Notes: generated by a model from the sequence alone, not told the origin. 64,000 nt of DNA from Thermoanaerobaculia bacterium (GCA_963816185.1 CAWFJJ010000024.1:512001-576000), one strand, 5' to 3'. Counted from the first letter of the stretch, positions 20,444 to 30,544 are shown. Translations and numbers: made by a program.

Positions 20444-21519
20444 AGGCGCCAGGCGTGTCCGGAGCGCTTCGCGGCGAAGGAATCACGAAGGACTTCCCCG
20501 GCGGCACGCGTGCGCTCGACGGTGTGACGTTCTCGGCGGACGCCGGTCGCGTTCTGACGCTCCTCGGCCCTTCGGGCTGCGGCAAGTCCACGCTCCTCCG
20601 GATCGTCGCGGGGCTCGAGACGGCGACGTCCGGCTCGCTCATGCTCGACGGCGAATCCCTCGCCGACGTTCCGGCGGGACGGCGCGACGTGGGGTTCGTG
20701 TTCCAGAACTACGCGCTCTATCCGCATTTGAGCGTCGAACGGAATCTGTCTCTCGCGCTCGAGACGCGCAAAGTCCCGCGGTCGGAGATCACGAGCCGTG
20801 TCGGCGAGACGGCGAGGCTCCTCGGACTCGGGAAGCTCCTCGATCGGCGCCCCCGCCAGCTCTCCGGCGGCGAACAGCAGCGCGTCGCGCTGGGCCGCGC
20901 GCTCGTGAGGCGGCCGCGGATCTATCTCATGGACGAGCCGCTCTCGAACCTCGACGCGCTCCTGCGCGAGGGAATGCGGTCCGAGCTTCGGTCCCTCTTC
21001 GGCCGTCTCGGAGCGACGGTCCTCTACGTCACGCACGACCAGGGAGAGGCGCTCGCCCTGTCGGACGAGGTCCTCGTGATGAAGGACGGAAAGGCGCTCC
21101 AGTCCGGCGCGCCGCTCGAGCTCTACCGCCGGCCGGCGGATCTCTTCACGGCGACGTTCGTGGGCAGCCCGCGGATGACGATCTGGCGGGGTCGCGCCGA
21201 GGACGGAGCGTTCGCGGCCCGGGGAGTCCGCCTTCAGCTTCCCGACGGCATCGCCGAGAAAGAGCTGTGTGTCGGGATCCGGCCGGAGGACGTCGAGACC
21301 GTCGCCGACTCGTCGGACGGCAGCTTCGAGGCTTCCGTGACGCTCGTCGAGCATGCGGGAGACCGCGATCTCGTCAGTTTCCGCGCCGGCGAAGAGACCC
21401 TTCGCGCCCTTTCGGCTCCGCGCGACTGGCCGGAAAAGCTCCGCGTTCGCGTCGCGAAGGAAAAGCTCCACGTCTTTTCGGCGGCGACCGAAAAACGGCT
21501 CGATCCGAAGGTCAGGTGA
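20440..21519 (+). CDS. Sugar ABC transporter ATP-binding protein (MalK-like)
   Basis: GPSGCGKST, FQNYALYPH, LSGGEQQR, DEPLSNLD. Confidence 0.95.
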   Translation: MKAPGVSGALRGEGITKDFPGGTRALDGVTFSADAGRVLTLLGPSGCGKSTLLRIVAGLETATSGSLMLDGESLADVPAGRRDVGFVFQNYALYPHLSVERNLSLALETRKVPRSEITSRVGETARLLGLGKLLDRRPRQLSGGEQQRVALGRALVRRPRIYLMDEPLSNLDALLREGMRSELRSLFGRLGATVLYVTHDQGEALALSDEVLVMKDGKALQSGAPLELYRRPADLFTATFVGSPRMTIWRGRAEDGAFAARGVRLQLPDGIAEKELCVGIRPEDVETVADSSDGSFEASVTLVEHAGDRDLVSFRAGEETLRALSAPRDWPEKLRVRVAKEKLHVFSAATEKRLDPKVR

Positions 21520-22567
21520 TTCCCTGATGCTCGGCGACGGCGAGGCTGACCCTCTCGGCGCGTGCCTCGTCGGAGGCGCCGCCGGGCAGCTCGATTCCTT
21601 CGGCCCGGAACCGGCGTAAGAGCCGCTTGATGAACTCGTGCTTGACGATTCCCTGTGAGGCGAAGTCCCGCGCCGTGAGCTCCGCCGTGAACTGGATGGT
21701 CGCCACGCCGAGCTTCTGGAAATGGATCACCGGCTCCGCGCCGGGAACCCCTCCCTCCACGTCGCGCATGACCGCGCGCGCGACGTCGGCGGCTTGCTGC
21801 TCGACGTGATCGAGGTCGGAGTCGTAGCCGACGCTGAGCCCGACCTTGACGGCCAACTTCGTATCGGGGCGCGTGAAGTTCGTCGTGATCGCGGCCGCGA
21901 GCTTCGCGTTCGGCACGACGAGAAGGCCGCTCCCGGGCTGGCGGATGCTGGTGTAGCGCCAGGTGACGTCCTGGACGATGCCCTCCTGGCCCGAGTCCAG
22001 GCGTACGAAGTCGCCGGTGTGGACCTGCCGCGAGAGGAGGATGTGGAGGCCCGCGAAGAGGTTTGCGAGCGTGTCCTGGAGAGCGAGCGCGACCGCGAGG
22101 CCCCCGACGCCGAGGGCGGTGATCAGCGGCGTGATCGAGACGCCGAGCGTCTGGAGGACCACGAGGAAGCCGAGCAGAAGCACGACCCCACGGGTGAGAT
22201 TCGTGATGACCGTGGCGGAGGGCAGGGCGCCGACCGAGGCGTGAGAGCGGACCAAACCGCCCGCGACGCGTGAAAGCATCCACGTGACGGACGCGATCAG
22301 CATCACGAGGAGGGCGTGCCCGACGACGCGCGCGATCCGGGGCGGAAGCTCGGCCGAATCGGCGGCGACGTAGAGGCCGAGCGTCGCGATCCAGAGCACG
22401 GCGGAGCCGCGCGCCACGTTCAGGAGAAGGTGTTTCGCGCCGGGCGCGTCGTCGCGGGCGCGTTCGAGGCGCTTCGTCAGGAGGAGCCGGACCACGAGCC
22501 CGGCGACGACGCCCGCCGCCAGAAGCAGCGCGGGGATGACCAGAGACGCCAGGGTCACGCCATGCAC
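21512..22567 (-). CDS. Small-conductance mechanosensitive channel (MscS family)
   Basis: ALGVGGLAVALALQDTLANLFAG, VVPNAKL, VGYDSDL; GGAGG RBS before GTG. Confidence 0.92.
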   Translation of the reverse strand: MHGVTLASLVIPALLLAAGVVAGLVVRLLLTKRLERARDDAPGAKHLLLNVARGSAVLWIATLGLYVAADSAELPPRIARVVGHALLVMLIASVTWMLSRVAGGLVRSHASVGALPSATVITNLTRGVVLLLGFLVVLQTLGVSITPLITALGVGGLAVALALQDTLANLFAGLHILLSRQVHTGDFVRLDSGQEGIVQDVTWRYTSIRQPGSGLLVVPNAKLAAAITTNFTRPDTKLAVKVGLSVGYDSDLDHVEQQAADVARAVMRDVEGGVPGAEPVIHFQKLGVATIQFTAELTARDFASQGIVKHEFIKRLLRRFRAEGIELPGGASDEARAERVSLAVAEHQGIT

Positions 22568-22591
22568 GAGTAGACCTCCCCGCACGGACCC

Positions 22592-22607
22592 AGCAAGCGA
22601 TGTGCCG
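22592..22607 (-). promoter_or_regulatory. Sigma54-type promoter of the MscS gene
   Basis: CGGCACATCGCTTGCT, near-consensus -24/-12. Confidence 0.75.
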
Positions 22608-22628
22608 GATCGCGCGGAAGTCTTTTCA

Positions 22629-23549
22629 ATGAGCGGCATAATCACCGGGAAGGTGAGCGCGAGAGGGGCCCCGATCCTGACCGTCGACGTGGAGGACTGG
22701 TTCCACCTCTGCGGGTCTCGCGCGTACTCCGATCCGGACTCCTGGGCGGGACGCGAGAAGCGGGTCCACCTCGGTGTCGAGCGCATCCTCGCGCTTCTCG
22801 ACGGATCCGGCTCGACCGCGACGTTTTTCGTCCTCGGCTGGGTCGCGCGACAGAGCCCCGCGCTGGTCAAGAGCATCGCGGACGCAGGCCACGAGATCGC
22901 CTGCCACGGCGACCTCCACCGCCGCGTCTTCGAGATGACTCTCGACGAGTTCCGCGAAGACCTCCGGAGGAGCCGCGACTCGCTGCGGGAGCTCGTCGGG
23001 AAGCCGGTGACGTCCTTCCGCGCGCCGGAGTGGTCGATGAAGAGCGCGAAAAACGCAGCCTTCGCAGTTCTCGCCGAGGAGGGTTTCACGCTGGACTCCT
23101 CGCTCACGACCGCGCCGCCCGTGGGCGAGCCTTCGAATCCGGATCGGCCCACGATGCTCGAGACCTCGTCGGGCCCGATCCTGGAGGTCCCTCCGCTCAT
23201 GGGCACTTTCTTCGGCTTTCGGGCGATGTGGGGCGGCGGCGTGTGCGCGCGAATGACGCGCGAGAGTCGCGTTTCGGCCGCGATCGAGCGGGCGCTCGCA
23301 AACGGCATCCCGCCCGTGCTCTACGGGCATCCCTGGGAGTTCGACGATGCCCATCCCCCGATGCCCGGCCTCTCTCCCGTCGAGCGTCTCGTCCACTTCG
23401 CGGGGCGTAGGCGGACGGAAGGGCGCTGGCGCCGCCTCCTCGCGCGGTATCGGTTCGAGCCGATCTCGTCGATTCGAGCGGAGCTCGAGAGGAAGAAAGA
23501 GAAAGAAGAGATTTCTGCGAATGGGAAGAGGGGAGGCGTCGCGGCGTGA
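22629..23549 (+). CDS. Polysaccharide deacetylase (DUF3473-type)
   Basis: TVDVEDWFH, ATFFVLGW, GHEIACHG, FRAPEWS, YGHPWEFD. Confidence 0.9.
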   Translation: MSGIITGKVSARGAPILTVDVEDWFHLCGSRAYSDPDSWAGREKRVHLGVERILALLDGSGSTATFFVLGWVARQSPALVKSIADAGHEIACHGDLHRRVFEMTLDEFREDLRRSRDSLRELVGKPVTSFRAPEWSMKSAKNAAFAVLAEEGFTLDSSLTTAPPVGEPSNPDRPTMLETSSGPILEVPPLMGTFFGFRAMWGGGVCARMTRESRVSAAIERALANGIPPVLYGHPWEFDDAHPPMPGLSPVERLVHFAGRRRTEGRWRRLLARYRFEPISSIRAELERKKEKEEISANGKRGGVAA

Positions 23550-24613
23550 GCGCGCCTCTCGTGGTCTCCTCTGTATCGTCCTCCACCTTCGTCGCTCTTT
23601 TTCCCGGTCAGCTCTCCGAGAAGGCGGGAATGGGGGAGGCGCTCGCGCGACGCTTCGAGTTCGCCTCTTCCCTATTCGAAGAAATTTCCAGAAGATCAGG
23701 AGTTCGTCTCGCCGACGTCTTCTTTGGCGAGGGTGCTAAGAACCTCCACGACGACCTGCCGGCGCAAGTCGGCGTCTTTTCCGTCTCGCTCGCGGCGCTC
23801 GAGGCGCTGCGCCGCGTTCACCGCCTCGAGCCGGCGGCCGCGGCGGGATACAGCCTCGGCACGTATGCCGCGTTCGTCGCGGCGGGCGCGCTCGAGATAT
23901 GGGCCGCCCTCGACGTTCTCCTCGAAGCCGAGCGGCTCATGTCCGAGGCGTCCAGACGCGGCGAGCTGGACGGTACGATGGCGTACGTCATCGGCCTCCC
24001 GCGCCCGGCCGTCGAGGAAGCGCTCGCGGCGCTCACTCCCGATCGCGCGCGCCTCGCGATCGCGACGGAGAACGCGGCCGCGCAGTTCGTCCTGACGGGC
24101 GAGAGGGCGCTCGTCGCCGCGGCGGTCGAGGCGCTTCGGCCGAAGGCGCTGAAGGCGGATCTGCTTCCGATCAATGTCCCGATGCACTCGAGCAGCCTCT
24201 CGCGTGTGTGTGATCGTCTGCAAAATTTCTTAGAAGGGGGGGTGAGGGTAAAGCGGCCGGAAGCGGCTCTCTTCGCTCCGATGCTGGCACGGAAAATTGA
24301 GACCGCTGAGGAAGCTTCCTATACCCTTTCTAAGCAAATTTGCAGACCGTCGCTCTTCGCGCCGACGCTGCGGGCAATGGGCGAGGCCGGGTTGGCGCGC
24401 TTCGCCGAGGTCGGCCCGGGCGACGTCCTCACGAAGCTGGTTCGCTGGACGCTTCGCGACGCGAAGGTCGCGAATCCCGCGCTGGAGGATCCCGCTTCGA
24501 TCGAAGCGTTCGCGAAGTCCCTCGCGCCTCCTCCCCTCTTCCCCTTCAAAGAAAGATCCACCGTGGCCTTTGCCGAAGCAAAGCAGGACTCGCACGGGTC
24601 CGAAGCAAAATGA
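23546..24613 (+). CDS. ACP acyltransferase (FabD-like, divergent)
   Basis: LFPGQ, GYSLG nucleophile elbow, VPMHS, EVGPG. Confidence 0.88.
   Translation: MSAPLVVSSVSSSTFVALFPGQLSEKAGMGEALARRFEFASSLFEEISRRSGVRLADVFFGEGAKNLHDDLPAQVGVFSVSLAALEALRRVHRLEPAAAAGYSLGTYAAFVAAGALEIWAALDVLLEAERLMSEASRRGELDGTMAYVIGLPRPAVEEALAALTPDRARLAIATENAAAQFVLTGERALVAAAVEALRPKALKADLLPINVPMHSSSLSRVCDRLQNFLEGGVRVKRPEAALFAPMLARKIETAEEASYTLSKQICRPSLFAPTLRAMGEAGLARFAEVGPGDVLTKLVRWTLRDAKVANPALEDPASIEAFAKSLAPPPLFPFKERSTVAFAEAKQDSHGSEAK
24216..24347. repeat. Inverted pair of TTCTTAGAA-type motifs inside the FabD-like gene
   Basis: GTCTGCAAAATTTCTTAGAAGGGG versus the reverse complement of the right arm GTCTGCAAATTTGCTTAGAAAGGG. 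Confidence 0.8.
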
Positions 24614-25377
24614 ATTCTCCGAAGTCCCCGAACTCGCCGGAGAGGACACGCGTCGCGCTCGTCACCGGCGCGTCGCGCGGCATCGGGCGCGCCATCGGCG
24701 AGCGTCTCGCCGCGGACGGGTTTCACGCAGTCCTCACGTACCGCGCGGACGCGGCAGGAGCCGAAGCGGCCGCGACGACGATCCGGGAGGCCGGGGGCAG
24801 CGCAGAGGCCGTCAAGGCCGACGTGACGTCCGCGGACGAGATCGCGGCTCTCGCCGACCGGCTCGACCGCGAGCGCGAGGGCGTGGACGTGCTCGTGAAC
24901 AACGCCGCTGTCCTGAAGAACGGCCTTTTCGCCCTCATGCCCGACGCGAGCTGGAATCTCGTGATCGACACCGCTCTCGGCGGAACCTACCGCGTGACGA
25001 AGGCCGTGATGCGCGGGATGTTGCGGCGCCGCTGGGGCCGGATCGTGAACATCTCGTCCCTCGCGGCTTTCTCGGGCAGCGCCGGGCAGACGAACTACTC
25101 CGCCGCCAAGGGCGCGCTCGTCGCCTTCACGAAGTCGCTCGCGGCCGAGGTCGGTGCGTTCGGCGTGACGGTGAACGCCGTCGCTCCTGGGTTCGTCGAG
25201 ACGGAGATGATCTCGTTCCTCACGAAAGAGGCACGGGAGGACTTCCTGAAGCGGGTTCCCGTGCAACGTTTCGGCCGTCCGGAGGACATCGCGCCCTTCG
25301 TCTCGTTTCTGTGCACCGAGGGAGCGGGTTATCTCACGGGGCAGACGGTCCGCATCGACGGCGGCTTCGTCGGCTGA
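24610..25377 (+). CDS. fabG: 3-oxoacyl-ACP reductase
   Basis: TGASRGIG, VNNA, YSAAK, VAPGFVET. Confidence 0.92.
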   Translation: MNSPKSPNSPERTRVALVTGASRGIGRAIGERLAADGFHAVLTYRADAAGAEAAATTIREAGGSAEAVKADVTSADEIAALADRLDREREGVDVLVNNAAVLKNGLFALMPDASWNLVIDTALGGTYRVTKAVMRGMLRRRWGRIVNISSLAAFSGSAGQTNYSAAKGALVAFTKSLAAEVGAFGVTVNAVAPGFVETEMISFLTKEAREDFLKRVPVQRFGRPEDIAPFVSFLCTEGAGYLTGQTVRIDGGFVG

Positions 25378-25449
25378 AAAGCTCATATCCTGGGGGCCTG
25401 CGCTCGTATACTCTTCGGTTCGAACCAACCACGGAGGGGGAGTACGTTC

Positions 25450-25713
25450 TTGCCAGAAGACCTGAAGAAAAGAGTCAAGGAGCTGATCGTTCGCCAGCTC
25501 AAGCTCGAGATGGACCCCGCGACGATCCGCGACGAGGCGCCGCTTTTCGGAGACGCGGACGGCGGTCTGGGTCTCGATTCGATCGACGCGCTCGAGCTCG
25601 TGCTCGGCGTGGAGAAGGAGTTCGGCATCAAGGTGCAGGACGAGGAAGTGGGCGTGAAGGCGTTCGCTTCCGTCAACGCCCTGTGCGATTTCGTGCGCGA
25701 GAAGGCGGCGTGA
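25450..25713 (+). CDS. Acyl carrier protein
   Basis: LFG..GLGLDSIDALEL phosphopantetheine site. Confidence 0.93.
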   Translation: MPEDLKKRVKELIVRQLKLEMDPATIRDEAPLFGDADGGLGLDSIDALELVLGVEKEFGIKVQDEEVGVKAFASVNALCDFVREKAA

Positions 25714-26114
25714 AACCCATGGATTTCCAGCCTTTGCCGCACGAGTTCCCGTTCCGCTTCGCGGACGGAGTGATCGAGCGGACCGGCCCGGCCGAGGGGC
25801 GCGTGCGGGCGAACGTGACGGCGGACGCCGCGACCGTGAGAGCAGCCGGGTTTCCCACGGCCACGCTGGCCGAGCTCGTGGCGCAGTCGGCCCTCCTTCT
25901 CCAGGGCGGCGACGCCGCGCTCGGGCGGAAGGGGTTCCTCGCCGGCATCTCCGATTTCTCGCTCCAGCGGCTGCCCGTGCCGGGCGACGTTCTGACGGTC
26001 GACGTGAGGATCGCGGGGCGGCTCGGAGACGCCGTCAAGTTCGAAGGGGTCGTGACCGACGGCGAGGGGGAAGCGGTCGCACGCGGCGCGGTGACCGTGA
26101 AGCAGGGGAGCTAG
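25710..26114 (+). CDS. FabA/FabZ-like hotdog-fold protein
   Basis: LPHEFPFRFAD, AELVAQS, PVPGDVL. Confidence 0.85.
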   Translation: MKPMDFQPLPHEFPFRFADGVIERTGPAEGRVRANVTADAATVRAAGFPTATLAELVAQSALLLQGGDAALGRKGFLAGISDFSLQRLPVPGDVLTVDVRIAGRLGDAVKFEGVVTDGEGEAVARGAVTVKQGS

Positions 26115-26115
26115 G

Positions 26116-26856
26116 TTGATCCCGGACTCCGGCACGTTTCCGCGCGGGTCGGGCCTCTTCGCGAAGAAGAAGGTCGCGCTGGCGGGTCCGCCGGCGGGAC
26201 TCCTGCGCGGAGCCGCGGGAGCGCTCGAGGGCGCCGGCTATTCGGTCGTGGCCGCCGAGAAGCTGGAGGATCTCCTTCGTATTCCGGCCGAGAAGGTCCC
26301 GGACCTCGCGATCATGGACGTCGGTTTTCCGCCGGACGGCGGCGTGGCCGCCTGCCGGAGGCTGCGCGAGGAAAAGCACTGGCGGATGGTGTCGATGATG
26401 CTCGTCGTACCGGCAGGGCAGCCGCACCTCGAGGAAGCTCTCGTGCCCGGAGTGAACGACTTCATCCTCGCTCCTTTTCCGCCCGACGAGCTCCTCGACA
26501 AGACGAAACGCCTCACGCTCATCCCGGCGCGGCGCGAGCTGAACACCCTGGCCCGCGTGCGCGAGGGGCGCACCGACGGCTCGGTCCTCCTCGGCAAGCT
26601 GCTGAACGTCTCGGGGAACGGGATGCTGGTCGAGATCGAAAGCGCGATCGCGATCGGGCGCATCGTCGAGATCGAGTTCTTCCTGCCCGACGATCAGGCT
26701 CCCCTGAACGCGAAGGGCCGGATCATGCGGCGCACGACCGAGCTCGACCATTTCCATCCGGCGTTCGGCGTCAGGTTCACCGAGATCTCCGAGAAAGACC
26801 AGATTCGCATTGACGCCTTCGTCGCGGAGCGCGAGCGCGCGGGCTTTCGCCGCTGA
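26116..26856 (+). CDS. Receiver-like plus PilZ domain protein
   Basis: PDLAIMDV, GVNDFILAPF; C-terminal NVSGNG and FGVRF. Confidence 0.8.
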   Translation: MIPDSGTFPRGSGLFAKKKVALAGPPAGLLRGAAGALEGAGYSVVAAEKLEDLLRIPAEKVPDLAIMDVGFPPDGGVAACRRLREEKHWRMVSMMLVVPAGQPHLEEALVPGVNDFILAPFPPDELLDKTKRLTLIPARRELNTLARVREGRTDGSVLLGKLLNVSGNGMLVEIESAIAIGRIVEIEFFLPDDQAPLNAKGRIMRRTTELDHFHPAFGVRFTEISEKDQIRIDAFVAERERAGFRR

Positions 26857-26857
26857 T

Positions 26858-26886
26858 TTGACGAGGGTTAGCCCGGGCTTTATCCT
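26858..26886 (+). promoter_or_regulatory. Sigma70 promoter of tRNA-Leu
   Basis: TTGACG-17 bp-TATCCT. Confidence 0.75.
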
Positions 26887-26896
26887 GCCGCTCCGC

Positions 26897-26985
<89 letters not shown>

Positions 26986-26992
26986 ACCTTAG

Positions 26993-27442
26993 ACCCCCTC
27001 ACTCCTCGCCTACGTTTCCACCGCGGACGCCGAGGGACTCAAGGCCTACATCGGGACGTGGAAGCTGAACGTCGCGAAGTCCAAGACTGAATCATGGACG
27101 GCGAAGAGTCAGACTCAAGTGTACGAGGACTGGGGAGGTGGACTCCTGCACATGCGCTCCGAGGGCACGGACGCGCAAGGCAACCCCTCGTTCTCGGAAT
27201 ATGCTGCGCGCCTTGATGGAAAGGCGTACCCCTACGTCGTCCGCGGTGCCTCTGTCGCCTATACGTTGTCCTTGACGCACGTCGACGATCACGCGATCAC
27301 GTGGACCCAGCTGGGGGACGGTAAGGCCTCATTTGCCGGGACCCATGTGGTCTCGGCCGACGGCAAGAGCTTCACGCAAACGTTCAAGATGAACGGAAAG
27401 GGCGAGCCAAGCAGCGCGGTGCTCGTCTACGAGAAGCAGTAG
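26993..27442 (+). pseudogene. 5'-truncated secreted beta-barrel (lipocalin-like) protein
   Basis: Frame SLLAYVSTADA...YIGTWKLNVAKSK...VSADGKSFT...VYEKQ; in-frame TAG at 26990 and no start codon before the GTW motif. Confidence 0.65.
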
Positions 27443-27492
27443 AGCCGGGTCTTCGCGTCTGCTTGGGACCGTTACACGCAGCACGGACCAAT

Positions 27493-27548
27493 CAAGCGGC
27501 CCCAAGCTCAGCGGCGAGCGCAGCGAGCCCGCTGCAACGCTGGAGGGT
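27493..27548 (-). repeat. Degenerate attC-like palindrome
   Basis: Minus strand GCGTTGCAGCGGGCTCGCTGCGCTCGCCGCTGAGCTTG; near-identical to 2995-3019. Confidence 0.5.
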
Positions 27549-27835
27549 CCTCGGCGGATTCGCCGGCGATGCACCGCATCCTTGACAGAGACGCAACGTG
27601 GGATCAGATTCAGTCCTGAGTCGACGTGCCCGCGGGGGCCGCGCTCGCCGGCCTGGGTAACCCATGAAAGCCAGCGCGATTCGGTTATACGAAGATCGGC
27701 TTGACCTCAGCGTCGAGGCGGCGATCCCGTCGTGTGGCATGTCGGCCCGCCGGAACTTCTACCGGCACGATGGTGCCGGGGCCGCCGTCAAGATCGCGAT
27801 CGTCGAGCGGGTGAAGCGCGCGCGAGGCCCACGAC

Positions 27836-30544
27836 GTGCGGGCTAAACATGGTCGAGCCGAAGAGGCGTTACGAGAAAGCGAGGGCCGCCTTCGTACGCT
27901 GCTCGAACACGTCGACCTCCTGGCGATGATCCTCGACACCTCCGGGCGAATCCTCTACTGCAACGAGGCGCTCCTCCGACTCGCCGGACGCACCGCCGAA
28001 GACACCATCGGAGCCAGCTGGTTCGAGCTGTTCGTACCAGCGGAGATGCAGACCGCTCTCCGTAAGGTATTCGACGACGCGATGCAGACCGGAAACATTC
28101 CCGGCCGCTACGCCAACGAGCTCGTCCTCCGGGACGGTGGCCGCCGGCTTATCCAGTTCTCGAACGTGGTTCTGCGCGACGCGGCTGGGGTCGTGTCCGG
28201 CACCGCAAGCATCGGCATGGACGTCACCGAGCGACAGCGGTCGGAAGACGCGCTGAAGCGATTGAACGAAAGGCTCACCCTCGCCACGCAAGCCGCGTCC
28301 CTCGGGATCTGGGATTGGGACGTCGCCACGAACCTTCTCATTTGGGATGCCGGTATGTGTCAGCTGCACGGCCTCGAAGGGAATCATTTTTCTGGCACCT
28401 ACGACGCCTGGCTTAAGCGTCTCCATATCGAAGATGTCGACCGCTGCAAAAATGAAACAGCTCTGGCATTGCGCGGCGAGAAGGACTATGACACCGAATT
28501 CCGCGTTGTCTGGCCAGATGGAACGATTCGGCACCTCAAGGCCCTCGCACTGGTCGTCAGAGATGCAGACCGGAAGCCACTGCGCATGATCGGAGTCAAC
28601 TACGACGTTACCGAGCGAAAGGTGGCGGAAGACGCGCGCCAGGAAAGCGAGCAACGGGTTCGCCTTCTACTGAATTCGACAGCCGAGGCGATTTACGGAC
28701 TCGACGTCGACGGCAAGTGCACGTTCACGAATCTCAGCTGCCTGAAGATGTTCGGATACGCGAATTCCGACGATCTCCTCGGACGAAACATGCATGCCGT
28801 GGTCCACCACTCGCACGCGGACGGCTCACCACTGCCTGTGGAAGGCTGCAAGATCTTTCAGGCCTTCCGGCGCGGCGAGGACGCACACGTGGACGACGAG
28901 GTGCTGTGGCGAGCCGACGGAACCTGCTTCTCGGCTGAGTATTGGTCCTACCCGATCCGCAAGGACGGACGAGTTGTCGGGGCCGTCGTCACCGTCCTCG
29001 ACATCGCCGCACGCCGCGCGGCCGAACAGGCACTCCGCACAAGTGAGAGCCGCTACCGTGCCCTTTTCGATGAGAACCCAATGCCGATGTGGGCCTACGA
29101 TGCCAAGACGCTGAAGATCGTCACGGCAAACCAAGCCGCCGCCGAGCAGTATGGCTTCACGACTAGCGAGCTCGTATCCATGACGCTGACCGACGTCCGA
29201 GCCCCGGAGGAAGCCGACAAGGTCCGGGAGGCCGTCAACGCGACACCCCTCGGCCGCCAGTACGTCGGCACGTGGAAGCATCGGAGGAAGGACGGCAGGC
29301 TCCTCGACGTGGACGTCCACCTCAACGACGTGGAATTCGAAGGGCACCGGCTGCGGCTCGCCGTCTTACACGATGTCACCGAGCAGCGGCGGCTCGAGGA
29401 GCAGTTTCGCCAGGCACAGAGGATGGAGGCCATCGGGCGCCTCGCCGGGGGCGTGGCCCACGACTTCAACAACCTCCTGACGGTCATCGGAGGGTATGGC
29501 GAACTCCTCTTGGCGGACCTGCCAACGGGCACACCCGCACGCGAAGCTGTCGGAGAAATGGTGGCAGCCGGAGTCCGCGCCGCCGCATTGACCCGCCAGC
29601 TGCTCGCATTCAGCCGCAAGCAGGTCCTCGAGCCTCGGGTACTGGATCTCAACAGCATCGTGGCAAACGTGGACAAGATGCTCCGCCGTCTCATCGGCGA
29701 AGACATCGATTTCAAAACGGTTTCCGGGCCGGACCTCGGGCGCGTTCGGGCCGACCCCGGGCAGATCGAGCAGGTTCTCATGAATCTGGCGGTCAACGCT
29801 CGCGACGCCATGCCAAAGGGCGGGAAGCTGACGATCGAAACGTGCAACGTTGACCTCGACGCTGCCTACGCGCGTCAGCACGTCACCGTCCGCCCGGGAC
29901 CCTACGTCATGCTGGCTGTCAGCGACACTGGGACAGGGATGGACGAGGCCACGATCGCGAGGATATTCGAGCCCTTCTTCACGACGAAGGAGCAGGGCAA
30001 GGGGACCGGCCTGGGCCTGTCGACGGTCTACGGAATCGTTCAGCAGAGTGGCGGGACCATCGCGGTGGACAGCATCCCGGGCCGCGGCACGAGCTTCAAG
30101 ATCTATCTTCCCCGCACCGAATACCAGTCAGAACCGGAACGGATCGGCACGCCATCGGGCCAGTTCATCGTCAGTGGGCGTGAGACGGTGCTGCTCATCG
30201 AGGACGAGCCAGCGGTGCGGCGGCTGGTGCGAGACATCCTGGCCGGGAAGGGCTACACCGTCTTGGAGGGGACGGACACCGAGGAGGCGCTGAGGCTCGC
30301 AAGGGAGCATCCGGGTCCGATCCACCTGATCGTGACGGACGTCGTCATGCCGAGGATGAGCGGACCCGATTTCATCACGCACGCGCGGGCACTCCTCCCT
30401 TCTGTGAAGGTCCTCTTCATGTCTGGGTATTCTGACGAGGCTGTCACCCATCACGGCATTCTGGAACAGGGTGCCGACTTCCTCGCGAAACCCTTCACGG
30501 CTGCCTCGCTCCTGAACAAGGTCATTGAGGTGTTGAACCGGTAA
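27836..30544 (+). CDS. Hybrid sensor histidine kinase (4 PAS-HisKA-HATPase-REC), possibly N-terminally truncated
   Basis: PAS ends DVTER, DVTER, DIAAR, DVTEQ; AHDFNNLL; NLAVNARDAMP; GTGLGL; TDVVMP. Confidence 0.93.
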   Translation: MRAKHGRAEEALRESEGRLRTLLEHVDLLAMILDTSGRILYCNEALLRLAGRTAEDTIGASWFELFVPAEMQTALRKVFDDAMQTGNIPGRYANELVLRDGGRRLIQFSNVVLRDAAGVVSGTASIGMDVTERQRSEDALKRLNERLTLATQAASLGIWDWDVATNLLIWDAGMCQLHGLEGNHFSGTYDAWLKRLHIEDVDRCKNETALALRGEKDYDTEFRVVWPDGTIRHLKALALVVRDADRKPLRMIGVNYDVTERKVAEDARQESEQRVRLLLNSTAEAIYGLDVDGKCTFTNLSCLKMFGYANSDDLLGRNMHAVVHHSHADGSPLPVEGCKIFQAFRRGEDAHVDDEVLWRADGTCFSAEYWSYPIRKDGRVVGAVVTVLDIAARRAAEQALRTSESRYRALFDENPMPMWAYDAKTLKIVTANQAAAEQYGFTTSELVSMTLTDVRAPEEADKVREAVNATPLGRQYVGTWKHRRKDGRLLDVDVHLNDVEFEGHRLRLAVLHDVTEQRRLEEQFRQAQRMEAIGRLAGGVAHDFNNLLTVIGGYGELLLADLPTGTPAREAVGEMVAAGVRAAALTRQLLAFSRKQVLEPRVLDLNSIVANVDKMLRRLIGEDIDFKTVSGPDLGRVRADPGQIEQVLMNLAVNARDAMPKGGKLTIETCNVDLDAAYARQHVTVRPGPYVMLAVSDTGTGMDEATIARIFEPFFTTKEQGKGTGLGLSTVYGIVQQSGGTIAVDSIPGRGTSFKIYLPRTEYQSEPERIGTPSGQFIVSGRETVLLIEDEPAVRRLVRDILAGKGYTVLEGTDTEEALRLAREHPGPIHLIVTDVVMPRMSGPDFITHARALLPSVKVLFMSGYSDEAVTHHGILEQGADFLAKPFTAASLLNKVIEVLNR

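Noticed and set aside
27582-27680. TTGACA-17-CAGATT promoter-like site followed by hairpins (possible riboswitch or sRNA)
   Set aside because: I could not match it to any riboswitch consensus, and GC-rich hairpins arise by chance
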